Program-made: the position numbers and the translations under genes | DNA from: Spirochaetia bacterium | GTDB taxonomy: Bacteria > Spirochaetota > Spirochaetia > DSM-2461 | Direction: 5' to 3' | NCBI GenBank assembly: GCA_963666985.2 | Contig: CAXXIA010000002.1 | Coordinates: forward strand, 2,848,001-2,912,000 | DNA length: 64,000 bases | In this document: in pieces, positions 1 through 9,138 of the stretch | How the letters are laid out: each line of letters begins with the position of its first letter | How positions within the stretch are numbered: position 1 is the first letter of the stretch | Notes under the pieces: model-generated | What the model was told of the DNA's origin: nothing | The model's input: only the letters and a program-made list of their open reading frames with translations | Database searches by the model: none

Positions 1-932
1 GATTCGATTTCCCCTTTGATCAGCTTCAGCAGGGATTCGGCCGCGTCCCGATAGATTTGCGAAATTCCGATTTGTATGGAAGCCGGTTTCTTTTCGAGAA
101 CCAGCAGTTCGGTGCTGTCGTCGTAGCCGACGATGGGATATTTCTTCTGGATATCGATGCCCTCATGGTAAAGACCGGTAACGGTTTGCACCAATGTCAT
201 ATCGTTGACGAAGGCCATGCCGTCAAAATCATTATTTTTTATATGACTGATCAATTCCGCTGATATGATTCCTCTCCCCTCGGAGTTCACCACCAATGAT
301 TCGGGATATACCGATTGGAAACCTGTTTGTCTGAGTTTATGAGAGAAGGGATCTTCTTCGTTCATAACGTAAACGGGATTCTTACATCCTTTCACTTCAA
401 GATACTTCCCCTGGAGGATGCCGCCTCCGGTATTGTCGGTCGCCGAATGATTGAACGCCGTAAGGTGGATTGTCCTGTGGCAGAGCACATATGGGATTTT
501 CCAGCTTCTGATTATTTCGGATTCTTGTTCCGTAACGAAGTCGAAAACAAGAATCCCATCGCAATGGTCTTTAATTTCGGTTTCTTTGATGGATGATATG
601 GAATCCGCTTTTTTTACTTCGAAGACGTATGATTGATGCTCAAAGAAATCTGTAAGGGATAGAACCGCTTCCGAAAAGATCCAGTAATTCCGTTTGAGCC
701 GCGTCCAATAATGTCCGTCATTTCGTTCCAGATAAAGTAATAGGACCGTATTCGATCCTCGCTTTCTCAAGGCGCTCGCATTGCGATCCGGTTTGTAGCC
801 GAGAGATTTGGCGGTTTCCATGATTTTTTTTCGGGTACTTTCCGATACTTTATCGGGATTGCTGAAGGCGCGTGAAACGGTTGCCTGAGAGACTCCGACG
901 ATTCTTGCGATAACATAGCTGTCGATCTTCAT
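1..932 (-). CDS. LacI-family transcriptional regulator (C-terminus runs off the window)
   Basis: Manual translation of the minus strand from ATG at 932 gives MKIDSYVIARIVGVSQATVSRAFSNPDKVSESTRKKIMETAKSLGYKPDRNASALRK, a LacI HTH plus hinge. It is divergent from the ABC operon and absent from the ORF track because it is truncated. Confidence 0.9.
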   Translation of the reverse strand, partial: MKIDSYVIARIVGVSQATVSRAFSNPDKVSESTRKKIMETAKSLGYKPDRNASALRKRGSNTVLLLYLERNDGHYWTRLKRNYWIFSEAVLSLTDFFEHQSYVFEVKKADSISSIKETEIKDHCDGILVFDFVTEQESEIIRSWKIPYVLCHRTIHLTAFNHSATDNTGGGILQGKYLEVKGCKNPVYVMNEEDPFSHKLRQTGFQSVYPESLVVNSEGRGIISAELISHIKNNDFDGMAFVNDMTLVQTVTGLYHEGIDIQKKYPIVGYDDSTELLVLEKKPASIQIGISQIYRDAAESLLKLIKGEIE

Positions 933-1009
933 TCGAATGCAAATATATCCCATCTGCTTTTTCTTGTATACATGAGAAGTTCTATAAAGCGATATTGGAT
1001 AGAAATATA

Positions 1010-1039
1010 TTGACAAATGGATTTTGCTTCAAATAGAAT
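1010..1039 (+). promoter_or_regulatory. sigma70-type promoter of the ABC/sulfatase operon
   Basis: TTGACA (1010-1015), 18-nt spacer, TAGAAT (1034-1039); AAGGAG RBS before ATG 1085. Confidence 0.7.
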
Positions 1040-1054
1040 GCATACGAATGCATT
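1037..1054. promoter_or_regulatory. putative LacI-type operator
   Basis: Near-perfect palindrome AATGCATA-CG-AATGCATT with central CG overlapping -10/+1; related site TTCATTCGAATGCA at 928-941. Confidence 0.7.
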
Positions 1055-1084
1055 AAATAGACATTTTCTGAAAAGGAGTCGGAA

Positions 1085-2362
1085 ATGAAAAGAATCTCAG
1101 CGGCAATCATTCTCTTCTTGTTGGCCTTCGGAGTCTTTGCAAACGGAGGCGGTGAATCCGCACTCGGTAGTGACGAACCCGTTACACTGACTTTCGCCAG
1201 TTGGAGCATTCAGGAAAAAGGTGCTCAGGATTACTTCAATGAGCTGAAGAGTGATTTTGAGGCGGCGAATCCCTTAATTAAGATCGAATTCGCAGGATAT
1301 CCGTACGGCGAGTTGAAAAAGCAGGTGCTGATTATGGCCAATGCCGGCGAATCGCCGGATATTATTCAATGTGCCCGTTCCTGGTATCCCAGTTTCGTTT
1401 CCGGCGGATATGTCGCGGAATTAGATTCTCTTCTTGGGAAGGACTACATCAAAGATATCTATCCGGAGATTTTGGCCGATATGCAGGTTGACGGCGTGAC
1501 ATACGGTATCCCCTGGAAGGTCAGTCCTTTTGTTCTTTTTTACAATAAAGATTTGTTCGCCCGCGCCGGTTTGGATCCGAATACTCCTCCGAAAACGTAT
1601 GAAGAGGCCATGGGCATGGCTGCGAAATTATCGCTTTTGAAGGATGCCGACGGGAATTCGGTCTACGGATTCGGGCAGACGACGGGCGCCGTTCCGGTCA
1701 GCGGCGGTGCCGTGCTGAGCATGTTCTTCAGTTACGGCGGGGGAATCATGGATTCCCGGGGAAACCTCGATGTGGTTAACAATGGGAATAAGGCCGCTCT
1801 CTCCGCGCTTGCGGAGATGCACCGAAAGGGTTACAACCCGGAAGGCGCCAAACTGAAGGATTTGAGGAATCTTTTCGCCATCGGCCGTTTGGGAATGTAT
1901 TTCGATCAGCTTTGGGGAATGGTCGGGGCTTACGCCATCAATCCGGATCTTCGTTCATCGGTCGGAGTAACCAATCCTCTCGGCGGCAACGGCGCCGCGG
2001 CAGGTTCCACACTCGAAGCGCATCTGATTCTCATCAGTGAAGATTCCGCTCATAAAGAGGCTGCCGCCGAATTCATCAAATTCGCCACCAGCCCGGCTCA
2101 GATGGCCAAATACTATGCGATTACTCCGTTCCTTCTTCCCAGAGCGAGTCAGGCTAAAGCGGCTCCCGATTATACCTCCGATCCGGGAATCGTTCCGGTT
2201 TTGAATTATGCCGAAACAATCAGAACCGTTGAAAAACATCCGGAAATGGAAAATGTTTTCTTGGCGCTTACCACGGCGGCTCAGGCCGTTACCGTCGGCG
2301 GCAAGAGCCCCGATGCGGCCCTTGCCGATCTTGATGCCGAACTGAAGACTCTGCTGAAATAA
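1085..2362 (+). CDS. carbohydrate ABC transporter substrate-binding protein
   Basis: Signal peptide (…GVFANGGGE), SPDII, YGIP, LFYNKDLF…GLDP..PP.T motifs of sugar SBPs. Confidence 0.92.
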   Translation: MKRISAAIILFLLAFGVFANGGGESALGSDEPVTLTFASWSIQEKGAQDYFNELKSDFEAANPLIKIEFAGYPYGELKKQVLIMANAGESPDIIQCARSWYPSFVSGGYVAELDSLLGKDYIKDIYPEILADMQVDGVTYGIPWKVSPFVLFYNKDLFARAGLDPNTPPKTYEEAMGMAAKLSLLKDADGNSVYGFGQTTGAVPVSGGAVLSMFFSYGGGIMDSRGNLDVVNNGNKAALSALAEMHRKGYNPEGAKLKDLRNLFAIGRLGMYFDQLWGMVGAYAINPDLRSSVGVTNPLGGNGAAAGSTLEAHLILISEDSAHKEAAAEFIKFATSPAQMAKYYAITPFLLPRASQAKAAPDYTSDPGIVPVLNYAETIRTVEKHPEMENVFLALTTAAQAVTVGGKSPDAALADLDAELKTLLK

Positions 2363-2370
2363 TAATCCCG

Positions 2371-2394
2371 GGGATGCTCCCGAGGGAGCATCCC
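2371..2394 (+). repeat. GC-rich stem-loop between SBP and permease (likely mRNA-stabilising/attenuating hairpin)
   Basis: GGGATGCTCCC-GA-GGGAGCATCCC perfect inverted repeat directly after the SBP stop. Confidence 0.65.
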
Positions 2395-2408
2395 GATTTG
2401 ATAAAGAG

Positions 2409-3305
2409 ATGGTCATGACTCGAAACAGTAAGACCGGCGACAGGCTTTTCGGAGTTCTCTTGCTTGTTCCCTCGATTCTTATCGTCGGCGGATTCATATT
2501 CTTGCCGGTAATTCAATCCGTGTATTACAGCTTCTTCGATTTCAAGCTTACCAGGAAGAAATTACCTCTTCTCTGGAACGGCGGAGCGAATTATCGGGGG
2601 CTTTGGGAAAGCGGGAAACTGCAAAACGCCTTCTTCATTACATTTCAGTTCATGTTGATCGTTCTGATAGCCGTTTTCCTGATAGGGCTTCTTATGTCCT
2701 TGGCCATGAACAAAGGACGGAAGGCCGAAAGAACGGCCCGGAGTCTGGCTCTTCTGCCGTGGGGCACCCCGACGGTTATCGTCGCTCTTCTTTGGAGCTG
2801 GATGTTCCAGCCGGAATACGGCGTGGTGAATTTCCTGCTTATGCATTTCAAGATTATCAGTGAACCCTTGGGCTTCCTCGTGAATCCGGATACGGCTCTG
2901 GCTTCCGTGGCGGTCGCGGCGGTGTGGCGTCAGCTGCCGTTTATGTTCATCATGCTGCTGGCCGGGCTTCAGGGAATCCCCGCGGAAATGTATGAAGCGG
3001 CGGAAATCGACGGCGCTTCGCCCCGGCAGTCGTTTTGGCATATCACGCTTCCTTTTTTAAGGAATGTGATCCGATCCAGCATTCTGGTAACGATTATTAC
3101 GAATTTTAAGCAATTCCCTCTGTTTTGGACGATGACCGGCGGCGGTCCGATGGGCCGAACGGAAACACTGGCCATCCTGACTTACAAGAATGCCTTCGTA
3201 AATCTGAATTTCGGAGTGGGCGCCGCTGTTGCAGCCTCATGGATGCTGACTCTGATTCTGTTTTCTCTTCTTTACAACCGGATTTTCAAGGAGGCGGAGT
3301 ACTGA
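2409..3305 (+). CDS. sugar ABC transporter permease (MalF/UgpA-like)
   Basis: EAA motif YEAAEIDGAS, MTGGGP, multiple TM segments. Confidence 0.93.
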   Translation: MVMTRNSKTGDRLFGVLLLVPSILIVGGFIFLPVIQSVYYSFFDFKLTRKKLPLLWNGGANYRGLWESGKLQNAFFITFQFMLIVLIAVFLIGLLMSLAMNKGRKAERTARSLALLPWGTPTVIVALLWSWMFQPEYGVVNFLLMHFKIISEPLGFLVNPDTALASVAVAAVWRQLPFMFIMLLAGLQGIPAEMYEAAEIDGASPRQSFWHITLPFLRNVIRSSILVTIITNFKQFPLFWTMTGGGPMGRTETLAILTYKNAFVNLNFGVGAAVAASWMLTLILFSLLYNRIFKEAEY

Positions 3306-4141
3306 TGAAGCATCGATGGAAGACTTCAGGATTACCGGGATGGATCGGTTTTATCATTTTGATGATATTTCTTCTTTTTCCCTTGTACTGGCTCATCATC
3401 ACATCGTTTAAACACAACATGGATATTTACCGGTTTCCGCCTCAGTTCATACCCCGGAATTTTACACTTGCGAACTATCGGGCGATTTTGAACGACAACT
3501 CGGTGGTCCGTTATCTTTTCAACAACCTTCTTGTATCTTCCGGAACGACACTGCTTACTCTGGCGGCCGCTTCACTCGCGGGATATTCCCTCTCAAGGTA
3601 TTCCAGTGTTTTCGGTTCGGTAACGCGGACGGCGCTGCTTTCCACGCAAATGTTTCCCATCGTCGGTTTGATTTTGGCTCTGTATGTGATTTTCCGGAAT
3701 CTGAATCTTATCAACACCCGTTTCAGTCTGATTCTTTCGTTATCTGCGGTGACGATTCCTTTTTCAACCATCCTCATAAAGGGCTTCTTCGACGATATTC
3801 CCCGTTCTCTGGAAGAAGCCGCCCGGATTGACGGATGCCCGAGACTGAAGACTCTTTTTTCCATCATTATGCCGTTATCCAAACCTGGACTTCTGGCCAT
3901 CGGACTCTTCACGTTCATGCAGGCTTGGGACGATTTTCTTTTTGCCATTACATTTATCCTGAAGGATTCCAAACGAACATTATCCGCCGGAATCGCGATG
4001 AAGTTTCTGGGAGAGGTATCCTACGATTGGGCGCAGGTAACGACCGTTTCCGTTGCCGGAGTTCTTCCGATGTTCATACTGATTTTTCTTTTCCAGCGAA
4101 ATATGGTTACCGGACTGACCGCCGGAGCCGTGAAAGGGTAG
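3305..4141 (+). CDS. sugar ABC transporter permease (MalG/UgpE-like)
   Basis: Start ATG overlaps the upstream TGA (TGATG); LEEAARIDG motif; C-terminal GLTAGAVKG. Confidence 0.93.
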   Translation: MKHRWKTSGLPGWIGFIILMIFLLFPLYWLIITSFKHNMDIYRFPPQFIPRNFTLANYRAILNDNSVVRYLFNNLLVSSGTTLLTLAAASLAGYSLSRYSSVFGSVTRTALLSTQMFPIVGLILALYVIFRNLNLINTRFSLILSLSAVTIPFSTILIKGFFDDIPRSLEEAARIDGCPRLKTLFSIIMPLSKPGLLAIGLFTFMQAWDDFLFAITFILKDSKRTLSAGIAMKFLGEVSYDWAQVTTVSVAGVLPMFILIFLFQRNMVTGLTAGAVKG

Positions 4142-4145
4142 CCTC

Positions 4146-5726
4146 ATGAATCGAATTACGTCTTTTTTAAATCCTAAAACAGGCAAAGGTCCTTTTTCCT
4201 ACACTGAACACGAAAAGCGGCCCAACATTCTTCTTGTCACCATGGATATGGTCCCGCCGGAATTTCACGACGGCAGTGCGCCCATTCGAACACCGGCTCA
4301 GAAATCACTGGTAAACGAAGGGATCAGTTTTTCAAACGCCTTTGCATCATCGCCTCTCTGCGGACCTTCACGGGCATCCACTCTGACCGGGCGCTACACG
4401 TATATAACCGGGAATTCCGAACGGTCGCATGACGGTCATAGAACCGTTCTCCGTTCGGAAGATATCATCTGGCCCGAATACCTCAAGGCAGCCGGTTATC
4501 ATTGCAGGCATATCGGAAAATCTCATGTCGGAACCGAACATTTCATGCGCGCTTTTACGGAAAACAGCTCACCCTGGGACCGCTGGTCTCCGCCTTGGTA
4601 CGATGAAGATTTGTATATTCGATTTCTCCGGGATAAAGGGCTGGAGAGGTTCAGTTTCCGCAAAGAAATCCGAGGCTGCGGCTGGACGGGTGAACGGAAC
4701 GGCAACTCTTACGGCGGCTGGCTCGCCGATCAGAACGGAAAGCCGTTCCCTGAAGATGCCCTCTATCCTTCCTTCCTGGTGAACCGAGCCATCAATGCAC
4801 TGGAAACCCAGGGCAATACCAAACCTTTTTATCTGCAGCTGGATTTTTTCGGCCCTCATCAACCCTTTGCCATACCGGGGGGATGGGACGAGAGGGAAGA
4901 TGAAATCCGCTCACGGACAAAGCTGCCCGAATCGTGGCTTGAATGGGAAGCGGCGGGATTTCCGGACAGCTTCGGCGATTCGCGTGTTTATGATCTTTAT
5001 CGCCGGAACTGGGGCATGAAGAACAGAAGCGACATGACGGATTATCTGGTTGCCAATCAGCTGCAGTATGAAATCCTCGATAAACAGCTTGGACGTCTGC
5101 TTGATTATTTAAAAGAATCGGGCCTCTACGAGAACACCCTGATTTTCTTCATCGCGGATCACGGAGAGATGAACGGACGGAAAGGGTGTATCGACAAAGG
5201 GGCCTATCTGAATCCGCAGGTTCTCCGTGTTCCTCTCTATTTGAAGCCTCCGAAATCTTTCGAAATATCCGCAGGATCGGTCGTTGAAACGCCGGCGTCT
5301 CTTCTCGATCTTTTCCCGACGATTTGTGAAATCGTCGGCTTGGAGATTCCCGAGCGCATCGACGGCATGAGTCTCCTTTCTCTGCGAGATGCCGAGCATC
5401 GTCCGGAAGACCGGCCCGTGATGTTCGATGTCTGGAATCATGTCGTTCCCAATCCCTGCGTCGGCCGTATTCTGGAAGAAAACGGCCGGAAATACCTTTA
5501 CAGCTATAACGCCATGATTCCGGAAGACGAATTGTACGATCTTTCGGAGAAAGGCCGAATCGGTAATATTATTAATGATGATGAGGATCTGCGCCGCCGA
5601 CTTCGCCTCCGGATGGATCATTCTCTCTCCGCCGATGCCCGCTGGGAGGTCTACAAGGGATACTTCCGGCTGGAATACGCCGCGGAATTGGAACTGACGC
5701 CGCATGACAATCAGAAATTTGAGTAA
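4146..5726 (+). CDS. sulfatase (formylglycine-dependent, Cys type)
   Basis: RPNILL, CGPSRASTLTG (CxPxR), GKSH, GPH.PF, ADHGE motifs; no signal peptide. Confidence 0.9.
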   Translation: MNRITSFLNPKTGKGPFSYTEHEKRPNILLVTMDMVPPEFHDGSAPIRTPAQKSLVNEGISFSNAFASSPLCGPSRASTLTGRYTYITGNSERSHDGHRTVLRSEDIIWPEYLKAAGYHCRHIGKSHVGTEHFMRAFTENSSPWDRWSPPWYDEDLYIRFLRDKGLERFSFRKEIRGCGWTGERNGNSYGGWLADQNGKPFPEDALYPSFLVNRAINALETQGNTKPFYLQLDFFGPHQPFAIPGGWDEREDEIRSRTKLPESWLEWEAAGFPDSFGDSRVYDLYRRNWGMKNRSDMTDYLVANQLQYEILDKQLGRLLDYLKESGLYENTLIFFIADHGEMNGRKGCIDKGAYLNPQVLRVPLYLKPPKSFEISAGSVVETPASLLDLFPTICEIVGLEIPERIDGMSLLSLRDAEHRPEDRPVMFDVWNHVVPNPCVGRILEENGRKYLYSYNAMIPEDELYDLSEKGRIGNIINDDEDLRRRLRLRMDHSLSADARWEVYKGYFRLEYAAELELTPHDNQKFE

Positions 5727-5732
5727 GGGAAT

Positions 5733-7112
5733 ATGAAAAAACCGAACGTCATCGTGTTTTTCACCGACCAGCAGCGGGCCGACTCGACGGGCGCCATGGG
5801 CAATCCTCTGGGCCTCACTCCCCATTTCGACGCCATGGCCCGGAAAGGCTGCCTTTTTTCTCAGGCGGTTACCTGCCAGCCTGTCTGTGCTCCGGCCCGC
5901 TCTTCTCTGCAGACCGGCTTATACGCGACGGAAACCGGCGTTTGGCGGAACCGTCTTCATCTGAAGTCTGGGGAACGCACTCTGGCCCACCATTTCAATG
6001 AAGCCGGTTATCACACCGGATATATCGGCAAATGGCATCTTTCGGGTGTTTATGGGGGGAAAGAGGATTGGCGGCAGGAACCGGTTCCCGGAGAAAAACA
6101 GGGCGGTTACCAATATTGGCTGGGCGCCGAACTTCCGGAATTCCTTTCCGATGAATACCATCCGTATCTATTCGATAATGATTGCCGGCCCGTCCGGCTC
6201 CCGGGATACCGCTCCGATGCCTATGTCGACGCCGGAATCCGTTATATCCGGGATCGGCTGAGTTCGCAGCCGGAAACCCCGTTTTTTCTGTTTCTTTCCG
6301 TTTTCGAACCGCACCATCAAAACCATCGGGATCATTTTCCTCCTCCGGCCGGGTACAAGTCTCTCTATAACGGTGCCTGGACGCCTCCGGATCTTTCCGC
6401 CTCGTCGGCCGCCGCCGCCCAGCTGGGCGACTACTGGGCCATGATAAAGCGTGTCGACGAGGGATTGGGCCGCCTGATGGATGCGCTGCGGAGTTTTGAT
6501 ATTCAGGATGAGACGATTCTTCTTTTTGCTTCCGATCACGGGTGCCACTTTAAAACACGGAATTCCGAATACAAGCGAAGCTGTCATGAGAGTTCCGTAC
6601 GCGTTCCCTGCGCGGCGATCGGTCCGGGATTCAACGGGAAAGGGTGCCGAGAGGAACTCGTCAATCTGGTTGATTTGACGCCGACGATTCTGGAAGCGGC
6701 CGGACTGCCTGTTCCCGAATCGATGCAGGGACGCAGTGTGATGGCATCTCTGCGGGGAGAGGCCGATTTCGAGAGAACGGAACAGTTCATACAGATTAGC
6801 GAGGATAAAGTTTCCCGGGCCCTGCGGACCCGGAGGTGGAAATACGCGGTGACCGCGATGGGCCTGGACGGAAATGCCCGGCCGAATTCCGATACATATA
6901 CGGAAGAATTCCTCTACGATTTGGAAGCAGATCCGTACGAGCAGCAGAATCTTGTTTCGGCCGCACAGCTTTCGGCGGTTCGGGAACACTTACGATTACG
7001 GCTCACCGAATGGATTCGGGAGATTGAAGGTTCCGAGGTTCGGATTCTGCCGGTGAAGGACTGCGCGGAAGTCGGTCAGCGGCGGGTTCTGCCGGGAGAA
7101 GAACTCCTTTAG
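5733..7112 (+). CDS. sulfatase (formylglycine-dependent, Cys type)
   Basis: KPNVIVFFTDQQR, CAPARSSLQTG, GKWHL, EPH, SDHG, LYDL..DPYE motifs. Confidence 0.93.
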   Translation: MKKPNVIVFFTDQQRADSTGAMGNPLGLTPHFDAMARKGCLFSQAVTCQPVCAPARSSLQTGLYATETGVWRNRLHLKSGERTLAHHFNEAGYHTGYIGKWHLSGVYGGKEDWRQEPVPGEKQGGYQYWLGAELPEFLSDEYHPYLFDNDCRPVRLPGYRSDAYVDAGIRYIRDRLSSQPETPFFLFLSVFEPHHQNHRDHFPPPAGYKSLYNGAWTPPDLSASSAAAAQLGDYWAMIKRVDEGLGRLMDALRSFDIQDETILLFASDHGCHFKTRNSEYKRSCHESSVRVPCAAIGPGFNGKGCREELVNLVDLTPTILEAAGLPVPESMQGRSVMASLRGEADFERTEQFIQISEDKVSRALRTRRWKYAVTAMGLDGNARPNSDTYTEEFLYDLEADPYEQQNLVSAAQLSAVREHLRLRLTEWIREIEGSEVRILPVKDCAEVGQRRVLPGEELL

Positions 7113-7148
7113 TTCTTGGTGCCTTTGGAGACGGAATCGATCTTATTA

Positions 7149-7469
7149 TTAGAAGGTGACCATTTTATCGGCCCATTCAACGACTTCCAGACAATCCTTC
7201 ATTGTTGAGAGCGGACAAGCCTCGGTTCCCTCTTTTTGTCTCGATTTCAGACATGTTCCGCAAGCCTGAATTGTTCCGCCTGCGGAAATAAAGGCCTTGA
7301 GCTGTTCGTCCACGTTATATTTTTCGTGAATGAGACCTTCGCATTCCACGGCCTCACCCATTAAGAAAACCTTGACTTCGTGATTTTGTTTTTTTGCGGT
7401 TACGGCGAAGCGAAACGCATTCCAGGCTTTCTCCGGTTCTTTGGTTTCGATGATGATTCCAATGTTCAT
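7149..7469 (-). CDS. DsrE/DsrF-like family protein
   Basis: VKVFLMGEAV, ACGTC, WADKMVTF; AAGGAG RBS. Confidence 0.85.
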   Translation of the reverse strand: MNIGIIIETKEPEKAWNAFRFAVTAKKQNHEVKVFLMGEAVECEGLIHEKYNVDEQLKAFISAGGTIQACGTCLKSRQKEGTEACPLSTMKDCLEVVEWADKMVTF

Positions 7470-7605
7470 TGCATAAACTCCTTAATTCGTTCAAATGACC
7501 CATTTGTCCGTTCAACCAACGTATGTTAGCCCAATTTTCGGATGTCTTCCGAGGTTTTTATAAAAGCGGCATGACCTTCATAACGGATTATGTACAATAG
7601 AAGTA

Positions 7606-8982
7606 ATGGATACGCCTTCTTTCCGGGCAAAATGCGCCGCTGTTCTTCATCGAATATTCCTGTTTTTCTTCTATTTACTTCTTCGCTCCACAGTTGGACT
7701 TTATTGCCGCATCAGGTACAGAGTTCGCTATCATCGCCCTCGTGAAGTACGGCGATTGCGTACGCCGTATGTCGTCCTGGCGGACCATGTTCATATCATG
7801 GATATGTTTTTTATAGGGCTGGGACTTCGGCCGGTGATTCATTGGGTGGCCGCGGACGCGAACTTTCGGACGCCTTTCATGAAATTCGTCATGACCTTTC
7901 TCGCGGGTGCCGTTGCGAAGTCCAAGAACCGTTCGGATATGATTACCTTGAGCCGGATGAAGCTGTTAACGGATATAGGCAGCGTTATCGGTATTTATCA
8001 GGAAGGAGAGCGGAGCTGGGACGGCGTGAGTCTGCCGCCGGTTCCGGGAACCGACAAACTGATCCGTTTTCTTAAAGTTCCGGTGGTGTATGCGCATTTG
8101 GAGGGAGCGTTCTTGAACCACCCCCGGTGGTCCTGGAAGAGCAACCGGAATCGCGTCAATGTCCGATATGAACTTGTTATTGACAGAAATGAAGTGAAGA
8201 ACATGCCTCTTTCGGAAATTACCGACCGTATCGGACGGGCGGGAACATATAACGAATGGGAGTATCAGAAAAAGGCGGCCCTGCCGTTGGGAACCGATAC
8301 AAGGGCGGAACATCTGGAACTGGTCTGCTTTCTCTGTCCGAAGTGCCGGTCGGTGAATACTTTGGTTTCTCAAGGGAATACGTTCTCCTGTTCCGCCTGC
8401 GGCATGAATGGAGTTGTTGATTCCTTCGGGAGTCTTGTTTGGCATGATGAGCCGGAAGCGTGGCCGCAGGGAAAGCCTTTCGAGAATATCCGGATGTGGA
8501 ATCTTTGGCAGATTGACTATTATCGCCGGGTTGTCGCCGAGCTTTATCCCGAACCCATCGAAGCGGGTACCGATGCTTCCGTTTCTTCAGATTACGCCTC
8601 GGCGCGAGGTGATACAGCCCATACTCCGCCTGCTGCTCGATCTGCCGGCGATGTGCTGCTCGGCGATCATCTTTTCTGGGAAGATGCGAACACGGTCTAT
8701 CTGAGCCGAGGCCGGCGGAATCGGAGAATGAAAAATCTTGGGCTGGGGACGGCCCGATTCTTCGGCGACCGGATTGAATACGAATCGTCCGAGATCAATC
8801 TTGTGATGCCGCTGGATACGATTTCTTCCTTCAGCGTGTTCAAACAATATTACGTTGAGTTCTACCATAATCGGGTGCTCTACCGGTTTGCCTTCGCGAA
8901 CCGGTCCGTTTCCGGCTACAAGTGGCTGATGCTTTTCCGAATTATCCTGGAAAGGATTTCAAGGATAAAGAATGGTGGATGA
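7606..8982 (+). CDS. lysophospholipid (PlsC-like) acyltransferase with Cys4 zinc-ribbon and C-terminal extension
   Basis: HVHIMD (HX4D), YQEGERSWDG block III; CPKC…CSAC. Confidence 0.85.
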   Translation: MDTPSFRAKCAAVLHRIFLFFFYLLLRSTVGLYCRIRYRVRYHRPREVRRLRTPYVVLADHVHIMDMFFIGLGLRPVIHWVAADANFRTPFMKFVMTFLAGAVAKSKNRSDMITLSRMKLLTDIGSVIGIYQEGERSWDGVSLPPVPGTDKLIRFLKVPVVYAHLEGAFLNHPRWSWKSNRNRVNVRYELVIDRNEVKNMPLSEITDRIGRAGTYNEWEYQKKAALPLGTDTRAEHLELVCFLCPKCRSVNTLVSQGNTFSCSACGMNGVVDSFGSLVWHDEPEAWPQGKPFENIRMWNLWQIDYYRRVVAELYPEPIEAGTDASVSSDYASARGDTAHTPPAARSAGDVLLGDHLFWEDANTVYLSRGRRNRRMKNLGLGTARFFGDRIEYESSEINLVMPLDTISSFSVFKQYYVEFYHNRVLYRFAFANRSVSGYKWLMLFRIILERISRIKNGG

Positions 8983-9138
8983 AGGTATGTTTGTATGGCG
9001 GCCTTTTCGTGTTGGTGCCGCCTGATGCGGAGGGAGTTAAGGCGGGCGTTTTAGGGCGGTGAGGTATCGGCGAGGCCCGCCTGCCCGCGACACGGCGGGG
9101 AGGATGAGCGGCGGGCTTCGGGGGTTACCTATAAAAAC

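Noticed and set aside
3125..3304. N-terminal extension of the second permease ORF
   Set aside because: Overlaps the upstream permease; the TGATG-coupled start at 3305 is more plausible
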